The notes beneath the pieces were generated by a model, which saw only the letters and a program-made list of their open reading frames with translations, searched no databases and was not told the DNA's origin. A stretch of DNA of 64,000 nucleotides from Octopus sinensis (lineage: Eukaryota): the NCBI RefSeq assembly GCF_006345805.1, contig NC_043000.1, positions 62,124,001 to 62,188,000 of the forward strand, written 5' to 3'. How positions within the stretch are numbered: the stretch's first letter is position 1; every line of letters begins with the position of its first letter. This document shows positions 24,047 to 37,637 of the stretch, one piece after another. The position numbers and the translations under genes are program-made.

Positions 24047-24915
24047 CGAGGTGGTATCAAAAAGTTCCAGGAGTACTTATGCTAAATAAAATATAATTTT
24101 AAGTTTTAACATCATCGCCTTCGAAATAACCACCTTTGCCCAGCAATACACCGATCCCGGTATTCCTACTAGTTTTGGAATCCGGCCTAGAAGTCATTTT
24201 CCGTGAGTCGAGGACCTTCTGCGATTCGTTTTGGATCTCGACAACTGAGTTAAAACGGCAGCCTTTGAGCTGCGTTTTCATCTTGGGGAAGAGATTAAAG
24301 TCAACAGGTGCTAAACCTGGCGAATAGGGCGTGCGCGGAAGCGATACTATGTTGTTTTAAGCAAGAAACTCACGAGTGAGGAGAGCTCAGTGTCGGGGTG
24401 CATTGTCATCGGGAATTATCCAATACTTCGAGCTCCACAGATCCTGTCGCTTTCGCCGAATGTTCTCCCTCAAACACTTTAAAATGTCACAGTAGAACTC
24501 TCGATTGACGGTCTGACCCTGGGGGACGAATTCTTGATGCACAATACCGTGGATGTCAAAAGAAATTATGAACATGCTCTTGATTGAGCTGCGGCCGTGG
24601 AGGTGAAAGGTACTTCCATTGTGACGAATGCTGCTTCGTCTCAGGATCGTACTCAATGTCTCTGTAGCAAACTTACCAAGTTTAACGCAAAATTCCACGT
24701 TGAGTCTATGTTCCAACTTCCTGTTCATGACAAAATTGCAGACTACAGCATACACCCGATCACAAGAACACAAATTTCACAACTTGCGAAGTAAACACAG
24801 CAATGTGGCTCGACACGCTGCCCCACGAAGGTTACTGCTATCTCTTACTGCACACATAACTCTGAACTGCTATTTGTTGGCGCCCTACAGTCCGAGGGAT
24901 TTTTATATCACTTCG
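24047..24915 (-). mobile_element. Internally deleted mariner of a different lineage
   Basis: TIR cgaggtggtatcaaaaagttcc. Peptides FCVKLGKFATET, EFVPQGQTVNREFY, DDNAPRH, YSPGLAPVDF and GYFEGD. Confidence 0.9.
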
Positions 24916-25714
24916 AAGTTATTGTGAAAAGAAAGAGAAATTCAAAGTCTTTCTGAAGGTACCTATTTCCTTGACTCTTTACAGATAGTAATTCTGATTT
25001 CAGATAGTTTCCCCTTGAAATTAAACACCATTTTTGAGAGGTATTCTATTCATCAATGGATCAATCAATAAAACGTCGGGTTAACTTCATTTGCCATAGG
25101 ATTTATAATCATAATGCAATAAAGACATTATCGATGGTACATACACAATGTATTGAATTTGTTACTCGTCGTATTTGTTGCGGAATAGCGTTTCGGGAGA
25201 CTCCTTAATATCTTTGGGTGTTAAAAGATCAGAAAGTCAGAGACCAAGCTACACAACTCGCCTTCGATCAGTTCCAAGAACGGTGGATACTGATATTTCG
25301 CCATTATTGTGACTTATCAACACCACCACGCACTTAGATCGAACCGTGGACGAGCTGAATCCTCCGATTTCTGACGAAAAGAAATAATATAAATTGTAGT
25401 TGATGTGCCACGGCGATGTTCATGTAGAAGTAAGTTAAATTACAAATTAAAATCAACAATAATAATGTAAACATTACTGATCTCACATACAGAATGTATG
25501 TGTTTAATTTATTCGGCGAATTTTCCGCGGGATAGTATTTCGGGAGAATCCCTAATAACGCTGGCTGTTACAACACATGAAAGTCAGAAACCCATTGCTA
25601 TTAGTAAGTCTCTTTAAATGCTATTTCGCAGTAAATTCGGTGATCGATAATGTTTCCAAAACTAGAACTGTTTTTAATTTGTGTTCGGTAAGGCAATATA
25701 TTCAGCAACCTAAC

Positions 25715-25947
25715 CTGTCTGGCTGACTTCATGCCCTTGTTTGATGAGGCCTGGGTCATTCTAAGTTAGTGGTCCTAGAGGCGTCATCATGCGTTGGGCC
25801 GACTAAGTCCAGTAGTGCTCTCCAACGCTGGCAGTCCAGTGCCAGCCCTTCTAAATCCTCGAAGGTGACGTCATGCTTCTGGAGATCTCCAATCACGTCC
25901 AGCCATCTGGTGCGGGGCCTGCTACAAGACCTCTTCCGGCTCGCATC
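25715..25947 (-). mobile_element. RTE-clade LINE 3' fragment
   Basis: Minus frame RKRSCSRPRTRWLDVIGDL...LALDCQRWRALLDLVGPTH..., stop at 25756-58, then a short UTR. Confidence 0.8.
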
Positions 25948-27609
25948 TATTAACTCGGTATTATAGTGATATTAGTTTTGGGTTAATGCTTTTATATATC
26001 ATTTACTTTTTCATATGAAAATGCTCCTCTTTAATTATATGTCGTTATAATCCAAACAGTTCTCAGAGATATTTCTTTCGATTTTATTGAATATTTATAC
26101 TTAACGTAGGTAGTATTCGGAGGTATGAGTTTATTTCCGATATTCCCGTCCCTTTATGTTTCCTACTATAACATTCATCGAAGGCCTTAATGCAGTAAAA
26201 CTTTTAGTATAGGATTAATATCTAGTAGCTAGTTTATACATTAATTTCTACAGTTTAGTTTAATATGTTCTCGCTACAAATACAACTGCACTAGAAGCAC
26301 AGATTTCAAATCAAAATTTCAACATCGCAATAAGTGATAATCAAAGTGGTTGTTTTACATGAGGTCATACTGTGCATTTAGTTCAAAATTCCTTCAACAT
26401 CAAAGTAATACGAGATCGATGCAGATTATCTGGCATCAAAATATTTCATTCATAATTTAGAAAAGGCTAGTTTGAACAAAATGCTAATTGCCTAGTCGAT
26501 GAATAGATTTTCGTACTTTTAGAATAACCAAAGAGTTTGTCGATATTAGCACAGCGCATAAATATTTCCTTTTGTTCAGTTAATACTTGTTCACCCTCCA
26601 CAAACTTCTTATTGAGCAGCACATTATTTTGCTGAGATTGCTAGATCAAACCATAACAAGAAACAAGTACATCGACATTTTTCTTTCATTTATGTAAAAT
26701 ATAGTGTTATGCAATGTAAAAATAGCATGCATGACATTTTATAGAGCACAAAATACAATGATACATGTTCAGTGTAAGTCTTCAAAATATTATATCTCGG
26801 TCATAAAGTTTTCTTTTCCGGAAACTAAACATGATTATTTCACAATATTCATTTTGCAATTTGCAAACTATCAAGAAATATAAATTGCTCCTTTTATCAT
26901 CAGCAAAAAGATACCGATCCAGAAATAAATGAACTCGTTAATATTAGTAATTAATAGAGTAGCCTGCATTTTTATAGCGTTTAATTTATCATATAAACAA
27001 CATTTACATAAAAAAATAAAAGACATAAAGCGCTATTAGGTTCCAAGTATACCCTCAAAGATATACTGCTGATCGAGTCCAGTGGGTCTCGATTTATACA
27101 ACACTAATTTGCCCATAAACAAATATTATCTTGTGTTAATAGATACAAAGGATACAAATAATCTCCGCCACACCATTACCGCATCTAAACGCAGTAATAT
27201 ATTTATGAGGTTCTATATCTAATCTATCTAATCTAAGCATATTAGATGTGCCGGATTTATGAAAAGACGAAATAGCAGTCTAGCTCCTGGTTACGCGCAC
27301 TAGTTAAAATATCGTTTATCGTTAAAAAGATGTTTTCTGTAATACATATATGATTTATAACCCATTCTCTTTATCATTTCAAATTTAATAGTTGAAACAA
27401 TTAAACTCCAATTAGCTAATATTAATTATACACTTCAGTTTCAGTATGATCGGGCTATTGTTGTGTACTATAAAATCAAATACTTCTATGCAAAACTTTG
27501 CCATCATATATAGGTGTGCGGTTGTGTGAGCGCGTGTGTGTATGTATGTATGTATGTATGTATGTATGTATGTATGTATGTGTGAGTATTTATGTGTGTG
27601 CGTTTGTTA

Positions 27610-27872
27610 TTTTTTACTTCTATAATTAGACTGCGATAATGGTGGAGAACCGCCTTGAAAAACTTAGTCAAAAAATTGCACCCAATGCTTATTTTTTAAA
27701 GCGTGGTACTTATTCTATCGATATCTTTTCATCAAACTGCTAAATTATGAGGATATGAACAAACTACCACCTGTTATCTAGTAGTAAAGAGGAACAAGCA
27801 CAAGGACATCCACACACACACTTATATGAATGTACAACCGACTTCTTTCAGTTTCGTCTGCCAAATTCACTA
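27610..27872 (-). mobile_element. Old degenerate SINE family A
   Basis: gactgcg...ggtacttattctatcg...cttctttcagtttcgtctgccaaattcact. Confidence 0.6.
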
Positions 27873-28511
27873 AAACTCAACTAAAAAGGTGCACAACTAT
27901 GAAATATATATTGATGTTTAACTCCAAGTCTTTTCAATCTCCGTTAACCCTGGGGAAAACCATGTTAGAATGCCTAAATACGATTTAACATAGTTCAACA
28001 TAGATTAAACCCCTACTTTCCTCTCTACACTGGTGTTAAGTTTAGGCCACTCTAGATATACGCTTCATAGCCATATCGGATTTCAGTATATCCCCTCTTC
28101 ATTCGGTAACTTAAGCAAGCCACATGTAAATAAACTCAGTTCGCTTTGAACGACGCTTGCTGAAGGACCTTCAGTGAAGGTTCACAGAAGGTTATGTTGG
28201 GTTGCATATGCAACTGGGCATACTTTGTGCAACAGAAACACGTGACGGTCATTCTAACCAAATAATTATGCTATATGAACAACAATAAAATCAAAAGAAA
28301 AGATTCAGACGATGTACCTGACCCCGTATTCTTTATATTTGCTTCAGATCTACACCCCAGATATTCATAATCGAGGGAAGCAAATCCGGGGTTACCCATC
28401 AGGAGAGTTACAGTGGGAACTTAATACTTAGCGATAACTGACGCTTAGTATTACTGGATGCAGTGAGCCGTGACCTTGAATATACTAGAGATCTATGAGA
28501 GTAGTGATCTG

Positions 28512-28585
28512 TGAGTGTAGAAGGAGTAAATTATCCAGGTGGGTACCGTGGTACCCACCTGGATAATTTTCTCCTTCTACACTCA
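28512..28585. repeat. Near-perfect 74-bp palindrome
   Basis: 36-bp arms tgagtgtagaaggag(t/a)aaattatccaggtgggtacc, one mismatch, 2-nt centre. Confidence 0.95.
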
Positions 28586-28652
28586 TATTACACACACATA
28601 CACACAATTATAATATGTATAAGTATATATGTGTGTGTGTATGTGTGTGTAT

Positions 28653-28704
<52 letters not shown>

Positions 28705-28864
28705 CCTTGTATATTCTTATTCAAAATGGAGAGTACTAACAGTTCTAAATGATACGCTTGAAGAAGTGTGAAGATTCTCACATGAAACCATTTATTGCCT
28801 TGTTACACCACAAATAAAGAATATTTTTCCACCAATGCATTGTTGAGCACTCATTCTCACTGTT

Positions 28865-29268
28865 CGGTAAGAAACTTGCTTCCCAACCAAATGGTTCCGG
28901 GTTAAGTCACACTACGTGATACCTTGGCCGAGTGTCTTCTACTGTGGCCACAGGCCGTCGAAAGTCTTATGAGGGGAAGTGATTGACGGAAACTGAAAGA
29001 AGCCTGTTGTATATATATGTATACATATGTGTGTGTGTGTGTGTGTGTGTGTGTCTTTTTGTCTGTGTTTGTTCCTCTATCACCGCTTAACAACCAGTGT
29101 TGGTGTGTTCACCTCCCCGTAACTTAGCAGTTTGGCAAAAAAATTCGATAGAATAAATACTAAGATTAAACTATATATCCTGGGGTCGATTTCTTTGACG
29201 AAAACTCTTCAAGGCGGTACTTTAGCATGGCCGCGGTCAAATGATTGAAACAAGTAAAAGAACAAGAG
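28865..29268 (+). mobile_element. Degenerate full-length SINE family A
   Basis: Head, internal (TA)(TG) tract, and tail ...gcatggccgcggtcaaatgattgaaacaagtaaaag. Confidence 0.8.
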
Positions 29269-30478
29269 TATGTATGTGTGTGTGTGTGCCACTTCCAATG
29301 GAAATATCACCAATGTATTTTAACCGGGATGCTGTTATTAATTCTGAATACGTTGTTCATGATGGTACTTTATTTTAACCATTTTTTGATACACAGTTAT
29401 TCATGTTAATGAATATCTGTTAAAAAGAAAGCCTTTCTTTTAATTTTTGATGTTATTTCTATTATCTTCAACATTATTATATGCAATATAATTAATGTTG
29501 TTATTGGTGACGACACTGTTATTTTTTTACCATTGACATAACGTGCTGTTATAAGCTTTGAATTATATTTAACTTTCTCCTTGACATCTGTCGTATTAGA
29601 ATTCTCGTCTCTGTTACTATTTTCCACACTGCAAACATTGATGCAACCGTTCTGCTGCTAGCATCATTGTCACGATTTTTCAGTTATTTCATTTTCTAAT
29701 CATTTTTGGTATTATAATTTGTACTGTGCCATTGCAATCTGTTGCTTTAATAGCGACTATTTTGACTGTAACTGTAGAAACTCTTGTCTTAATAATCACT
29801 GTTTATACTTACAAAACTATCATTATTATTTCAATTAATTACACATTTGCTAGAAACAAATCCTGTCTCATTTCATAAAATAACTTTAGATTTTTAAAAA
29901 AATATTTTCTATTATATGAAGGGGGTTAAAAATAATCAGAACGAAACAAACTATAATTGCAGAAATGTTTATGTTAGATATCTAGAATTACCGATTTTAT
30001 TTCATAGTTGTATTCCTGTTGTCTGAAGATTATTCATTTTAAACATAATTTGGTCAAGGAAAGAAAAACAAAGTATATGTTTTGTAAGATAACACTGAAA
30101 ACTAATAATCTAATTTGGTGCAGTCCTGACTGTCGATAGATTACTCTGGGTTCTAATGTAGCAGCATTACTGATGTGGAAGCATATCCTGAATGGAATAC
30201 AAATATCAAATTTGCCCGAAGCACAGTCCTAACGGCCATTTTCTCCCCAGATTTTTCAATTCTCAAATCAATACGATTTAAAGCGATTCTCCTACTTCAA
30301 CTCGAAATTGACGATCTATTGAGCGACTGCAACAACATAGATTATTCTCGCTAATATCATCGATGCCTCCCTCGTTGCAATTGCTAATTTAGGTCATCCA
30401 ACAACGAAATATATTTTATCTATTTAAGTGGAAAACACTTTATGACAAAATTATTGTTGTTTGGGAATTTGCGTGTAT

Positions 30479-30700
30479 TGTGGAGGTGCGTGGCTAAGTG
30501 GATAGGGTGTCAGCATCATGATCATAAGATTGTGTTTCGATTCCTGGACCGGACGACGCGTTGCGTTCTTGAGCAAAATATTTCATTTCACGTTGCTCCA
30601 GTCCACTCAGCTGGCAAAAATGAGTAACGCTGCGATGGACTGGCGTCCCATGAGCCTGGCTTGGCTTTAAAAGGGTGCATTTATTTATTTATTTTTATTT
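30479..30700 (+). mobile_element. tRNA-derived SINE, head type D + tail type 1
   Basis: tgtggaggtgcgtggctaagtgg..tttcgattcctggaccgg (A/B-box-like), gctgcgatggactggcgtccc, (ATTT)n tail. Confidence 0.8.
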
Positions 30701-32912
30701 GCGTGCATTAAGATTTTAGAAAAGTGAGCTGTAGATTTTGTGTGCGTATCCTAATAGATTAATTTTCGTTCGCGTGGAGCTGATCATTCAAACAGCATCC
30801 AATCCTCAAACAATCTTAAAGAGATTTTTTGTTTTTGTTTTTGAAAGTTGTTTTTTTTCTCCTTGCAATAGAATGTTATTCACTTTTGTAAGGCACTGCA
30901 AGTGAAAACTTTTTCGTCTAAAAACGGATGACAGTTTAATAATCAGTACTTACATTAAAGTGACAGATTAAATGTCTTCCTTATTTAAGAACATTTCTTT
31001 ATGCCCTGTGTTCAAATCACATCAAAGCCTACTTTGCTTTACATTCATCTTGTCTCGAGAAAACAAACACCAGTCATATAATGATGTTAACTGAAACTGT
31101 TAAGCCCCTTCATAAATATGTATTGTTTTGCGCCAGTTAGAAAGCTGGAGATTACACGAGTAAAACAAAAGAGTGCAGATATTGATCAATTTGGAAACCA
31201 ATTTCAACAATATCCTAAAGACAGACAAACTCACAAAAAAGAAATTATACTAAGTAAATAAAATATTTATGATTTCGTTTATATTCTTATCTTTTTTACA
31301 TACTATTTTGTCTATATCGTCATAATGTATTGAAAAAGATTGCATTTTTGCTTTTGAAACCGCATATAAACAGTGTATATAAACAGTCTTAGACTTCAAC
31401 GTGTATGTATATTATATACATATAGGTCTACATCAACTTATATTTATTCCGGAATAGCTGAGAAAAATACCAGTAGTATATTAGTTTCCATGCAATCTAT
31501 TTTACTCTTCCCCTCGAACAATGATTTCAAAGAGATAGCCATTAATGGAAAAGTCGCAATATATTTTTTTAAATTTCCTTTTATTATACTCTCCGTGTTT
31601 CTAAGTAACGATGGTTCAATCCTATATTATGTTGATAGGGGTCAGATAAAAAAAAGTCAGCTCATATTAAAGCCACATTTACACACTTCCTGCAATTTAT
31701 AACAACAGTTATAATTGTTTTTGGAAGACATTTCGCAGAAATAAATTGCGAACAAATGTCTGACAAAAGCCGTTCGTTGCGGAATAATGCCCATTAATTC
31801 ATTGATTTCTCTACAGTTATATAATTACCATTGTCTCTTAGACTTGAAAATAGTGATTAAATCACGATTAACTTCAAGAAAACAAGTTCTCATCTTGTCG
31901 ATTCAAAAGCATTCGCATTCTTTGCAAACTTTTCTGTTTAGAAATAGATCATATGTAATAAGCTGAAGTAAGCAATTTCAAACTAAGCCATAACTATTTA
32001 ACAGCACTATTGAGTATTTAACAATGTTTTTCCAATTTTGCAGTTACAATCGGTCGAATCGTATGAGTGTCAGGTTAAGAATACGATATTGTTGGCTAGT
32101 ATTTTACTACCGGATTTTGCGATGTTCATAAAGGGATCGACTAATGTACACCATATGTAGTGTAAATGCTAAAGTGGCGAAAATGTTCAATTAATAACGA
32201 GATGTCTTTAGCTTAAAGTATACAGTTTAAATCACATTCGACTCGAGGCAAAATCTTAGAACTGCACTCAAATACTACGCTGTTTCCATGAAACAGTACG
32301 TTTCAGTAAAACAGTCCTTAATACGATAATGAATTGTTATCAAATAAACGGCTTCAAATACAAGTCTATTTTTTAGTAAAGTCCAAGAAAAGGAATGATT
32401 CAATTAGTAATGACTGGGGCAAAATATTCGGTTTCTTGCAATAACTACATATTTTAGATTTTAGCTAAATTTATTGTATATTATCTTTTTACTATTAATG
32501 CTATTATGAGAACCCCTTGTCGTAGTTAAAGTTCAAAAAGTTTTCTTTTATTTCGTATTTTTGTGCATACTGCATTTTTATTCTTGTCTGCTACATCAGA
32601 AACGTTAGGTTCGAAGAATTTAGATACAGTTTTTGACATGTAACGAATTACAAGGCTTTGAAAGCGTACATCTAGTTTGTTATATATATTTCTATTTTAA
32701 GAATATTGACATAATTCTATTTACGTGAAAACTATCACCACGCATATACGCACGCACTTGCGCGCGGTCATACATACTTATTTATGTAAATACATAGATA
32801 TACTCATTTATATACATTACAAATATAGTACCCACACAGTGCTACTAAACATTTCAGGAATATGACTTTATCCTTCTAAGAGAACATGCACATACTCATA
32901 AATTCGTATATG

Positions 32913-32967
<55 letters not shown>

Positions 32968-32980
32968 ATATGTGTTGCAG

Positions 32981-33011
<31 letters not shown>

Positions 33012-33116
33012 TGTATGTATGTATGTATGTATGTGTGTATGTATGTATGTATGTATGTATGTATGTATGTATGTATGTATGTATGTATACATGTATGTAT
33101 GTGTATTTTGTCAGGT

Positions 33117-33644
33117 CACTTTCGAGTGCTACTGGTAACATGTAACTCAGTACAACCTGTTGCACGATCGGGTCTCGGCGACTAAACCGGCAACCCCACC
33201 AAGCTTGCTTGGTGAGGAGGGTGTTTATTGGACACCCTGCGGGATGAAAGGGAGGAGGAACTCTTGAAAGTCAATGACCATCCAATAAATGTCTTAAGGC
33301 TGTATCATGCGCGGGGACAGAAATAATCGGACTGAATACTCAATCGCGCAGTCAAACCATTGGAGTGAATGACTCCTAGCCTTTGTTAAGGCATCCTTCT
33401 AGGAGAAGGTAACGCAGGTAACTGGGATAACTCCGACATAAAACCTGCGGCTCAGAGGTTACCGATGATGTTGAATTGTTCTTCTTTTCGGATTATGGCT
33501 GCTGTTGCTTAGTGAGTGGGATTGACTCAGTGCACAGCCTTTCCTCACTTAAAAAAAATCTTCTTGCACAGGCATTGCACGATAACAACATTGATTAAGC
33601 TTCGTGCAATGGCCATACTTGATAACGACAGGGCAGCCACCATC
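33117..33644 (+). mobile_element. Second copy of the 12825-13507 element (opposite strand), preceded by a long (GTAT)n
   Basis: Continuous alignment to the reverse complement of 12825-13507, apart from an internal deletion near the 3' end and an A-rich indel. Confidence 0.85.
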
Positions 33645-34628
33645 TATATGTATATATATATATGGGGGGGGCTGTATTTATGTGAGTTTATGTATATGAT
33701 ATCGAGTGTTTTTACACGAAATAGTGTAAAATAAATATGAAAAAGTACAGTCAGGCTAACCGTTGAAAAGCAGATAATGAGATATTGGTTAAAAATGTTT
33801 TGTGATTCTTTGTTATATAACTATACCAAGTGATTGAGATTACTAATTGTTTCGGTTAAAGACATAAGCTGATTGATTTATAATTGTTCACGTAAAGTGT
33901 TTCTTTCCTATTGTCTCAATACAATTGATCTAAATTTGATAACTCAAAGAGAAGTTTGCTATCGTTTTGCATTAACGCACATTATATCGCTCATTCTCCA
34001 TGTGTAAGAAACAGCTTGTTCCAAAGCCAGCCCCACCGTACACATCTGTCACTATTTGCTATATCATCTGCAAATACCCAGAAGACACGTCCAAAATCAG
34101 AAAAATCACAGACGCCTAATCTAAAAGCAATCTAAGAAAATTATCCTTCCCACTCGGTCGGTCTAGACAAATACAAAAACAAGCCCAAAATAATGCAAAT
34201 ATAAAAGTAACTTCAACAAAAAATAACTCTGCGCTGACAAGCATAAGGTATAGAAAAATGTGTGGAGCAGTTATCGTGTTGTGATCATCTTTATATTGCT
34301 TTTCTTTGATATGGCCATATTCTGCTTGCATACAAGATTAAATCAGGTAACAGAGAAAACAAAGCACCAAACTGTCAAAATACCTCTGCTATACTACACC
34401 CCATAAAACAAACTACTGCATATGTTGTTTGGTCCTCAACTAAGCGAAACCACAATTTATTTGCAACAATAGACCGGGCCGAATCATTAGACCAAGCGCT
34501 AATGTACATTGGTTCTATTTTCTGAAATTTGAACATAATTACACACCAATAATAAATAAGGCCTGGAACATTGGAGAAGTCCGTTTCAATGTTTCACAAT
34601 TCCTAAATGATAACGAGTATAAACGTCA

Positions 34629-34703
34629 TGAAAGACATTCAGTCAAAATATGAAATTTGGAATGTTAGATTCTAAATTTCATATTTTGTCTGAACGTCTT
34701 TCA
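34629..34703. repeat. 75-nt imperfect hairpin (35-bp stem, 5-nt loop)
   Basis: 32 WC pairs, one G-U, one A-C and one U-U mismatch on the + strand. Confidence 0.9.
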
Positions 34704-35130
34704 AAATTCTCGGTAACTAATGTTACCTAGATGCTATATGCTATGTTGAATAAGTTGCTGTCCTCATATCTTGTATTCACGTATACCTCTGCCAGGACTA
34801 AATTATCCTCTGTATCATGAAAAAAAGCAGCAATATGTTGAAACCACATGTGAAAGCACAGTCTGTTTTTGCATCGATTTTCATCTCAATTGAGGTCAAC
34901 CACATAACTAATAAATTAAATCTCTAATCCATGGGGTATTAATTGCAATTAGAAATTAAATGGTCAGAGCCTCAAGGGGTGATATATGATTTATGTTTTA
35001 AATTAATGTATTGAAATCGAGTAGAATTTACGTTTGTATTTAATAAAAAGCAACATTTTCTTTCATAGTTACTTTTCTATATAAATAATTCAGAAAATAT
35101 TAACAATACATTTTAAAAATATACACTTAC

Positions 35131-35235
35131 CTTGCATTTTTTCTTTCTTAATCTTTGCTTGTTGTTGTAAAATGTGAACCAAGTGTGGAGTATTTTCATT
35201 AATTTAAGGTTTACAAAAGAGAACAATTCTTTAGC
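35131..35235 (-). CDS. Candidate 105-nt coding exon (AKELFSFVNLKLMKILHTWFTFYNNKQRLRKKKCK), product unknown
   Basis: Strong donor AAG|GTAAGT, weak AAG acceptor, open phase 0-0. Faint resemblance to Sfi1-type L..L..W repeats (inference). Confidence 0.25.
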
Positions 35236-35399
35236 CTTTATAACAATAAATTACTGAAAACATCATGAATCTTTCAAGTGTTTCTGTTTTGTGAATAGCA
35301 GTCTGGAAGATGCTTTATCTTCATTTAAAAGTACTTACAGATAAAATAAGGTTTAAGTTTGCTGAAATATTGATTCCCTTGGCATAACATTATTATTTA

Positions 35400-35760
35400 T
35401 AGTAGGCGTTCATAGCCAATTCATTCGACTCCTTATATTTCTCAAACACTGGCCAACAAATTTGCCATGTCTTTACTTTTCTATCGCTACTACAACTGAG
35501 ACATCGGCTCCTCGGAGATGACTGGTTTCGTACAACCTTCAAACTTGTTCGCCCACCCCTCAAGACTCTTCGCCTTAGTTACTCATATGATATATCCCCC
35601 ATTCCCTTTAAAATCCCATATTAGTCATATCTTTCTGTCTTTTATCACCAGTGTGTCATTCCTCTGGAATTGCCTCCTTGTTCAAATTTTTGTCGCATTC
35701 TTCAAATGGCTCCTATTAAAAAGGAACATTAACTGCATGACCTCCATAGTTTCCGAGGGA
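35400..35760 (+). mobile_element. Decayed CR1/L2-group LINE 3' fragment
   Basis: FITSVSFLWNCLL...LKRNIN resembles FF.RT..LWN.LP...FK..IN. Confidence 0.45.
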
Positions 35761-36231
35761 CTGCGAAGGTAATAGGTATAAGCTCTCTCTATAGATCAAA
35801 CTAGTAACACAAACATATAAAGACTTAACGTTAGCAAGATTTGACCAAAGAGCAATGAAGGAAGTACCGAACTAAATATAATAGTTAAGTGGGTGTCGTC
35901 TCTAGACATTTTATGCTTGATAAAATGTTAATTTATTTATTTTTTTATCTAGGCTTATCCTGCTTTCTAGTGCAGTAGAAAATAAGGGGTTGTAACATTG
36001 ATGTTTTCCCAGTGGTATTAACAGAAAAGTAAAGCAAAATACTTTCAGCCGGGAATCGAAAACAAAGTTGTGGATTCTAATTACTGAAAGATTATTTCTC
36101 GTTGATTAGAATCCAGTTACAAACTAGATTTGTTTGGATCGAACTCCTTCTTCGCTCTTTCTCTTTCTAGTAAATTTAGTATGTTAGCAATAAACAATTT
36201 AACATAATTAATGCAGAGAGGACTACAAACG

Positions 36232-36608
36232 TAATCAGAGAGGACAAACAAGGACAGACAAACGGATTAAGTCGATTATATCGCCCCAGTGCGTAACTAG
36301 TACTTAATTTATCGACCCCGTAAGGATAAAAGGCAAAGCCGACCTCGGCGGAATTTGAACTCAGAACGTAACGGCAGACGAAATACCTATTTCTTTACTA
36401 CCAACAAGGGGCTAAACACAGAGAGGACAAACAAGGACAGATAAACGGATTAGGTCGATTATATTCGACCCCAGTGCGTAACTGGTACTTATTTAATCGA
36501 CCCTGAAAGGATGAAAGGCAAAGTCGACCTCGGCGCAGACGTAGCAGCAGACGAAATACCGCCAAGCATTTCGCCCGGCGTGCTAACGATTCTGCCAGCT
36601 TGCCGCCT
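36232..36608 (-). mobile_element. Tandem dimer of SINE family B (full copy 36388-36608 + headless copy 36232-36387)
   Basis: Two successive gaggacaaacaaggacag...gacctcggcg blocks; a single head at 36570-36608. Confidence 0.9.
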
Positions 36609-36646
36609 TACAAGGGTAAAATATTGTAAATCTATTTACTCCCCCA

Positions 36647-36697
<51 letters not shown>

Positions 36698-37447
36698 CTC
36701 TCTCTTTCATCGCTACTGCAATAACTATGTTGAAGTAAATGGTTTGATGGAAAAACTGAAACATATTTAGAGACGAAATTATCAAAATAATGAGATATTA
36801 TTTGTCTTTGAGCTAATGTCGTCTAACTTACCGCATATATATTTCTATCTAGAACGTCTATGTTTATTAAATTGAGTGTGTTAGTACTAATTTAACTATT
36901 GTTTTCTGTTGCAGATGGTTTCTTTGAGGAAACGTCAGTGACTAATTTTATTAGCAGTAAACTAAGTTTTTATATTGATATTTGTTTATCACCACCTACG
37001 AAAGTCAAAAGCAAATTCTAACTTTACTTAAACTTATACAGCTGAATGCTAAATCTGAATAAAATGTAACCTCCAGAGTTATATGTTTTCGATCATCATT
37101 ATCATCAAAACTATTAAGGAATCTATAGTTTTGAATATATATTCGATGACCATATGCGTATGAATATACATATGCGGGACATACGAAGGTTAATGGACAG
37201 CGAATAAATGGTGAGATCTGTTAGCACAAGCCCGAGTTGACTGGGAGTCCTTAATTTTAATAATGAATGTGCTCCTTAGACGTTGGATAAAAAGTGAGTG
37301 TAAGAAAACAGATTGGAATGCTGACAATCGTATGACTCTTGACCAGCAACTTGGACGCAAAACAATACCTGAAGACAAGTTGAATTATTCAAATTCAAGC
37401 TATTATATTGTAATTGTAATTTATTTTAATATCCATAGCTATAGGAA

Positions 37448-37637
37448 GGCGGCGAGCTGACAGAAACGTTAGCACGCCGGGCGAAATGCTTAGCGTCTTA
37501 ACGTTCTGAGTTCAAATTCCGCTGAGGTCAATTTGCCTTTCATTCTTTCGGGGTAGGTAAATTAAGAACCAGTTGCGTAGTGGGATCGACTGGCCCTTCC
37601 CCTAAAATTTGGGGCCCTGTGCCTAGAGTAGAAAAGA
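37448..37637 (+). mobile_element. SINE family B (alternative tail)
   Basis: ggcggcgagctgacagaaacgttagcacgccgggcgaaatgc...gcctttcattctttcgggg. Confidence 0.88.

Noticed and set aside
26490-26635. Minus-strand exon-like open frame (NKKFVEGEQVLTEQKEIFMRC)
   Set aside because: Resembles the RTE inter-domain region (G..LTE.KEI..RW), so likely a LINE relic.
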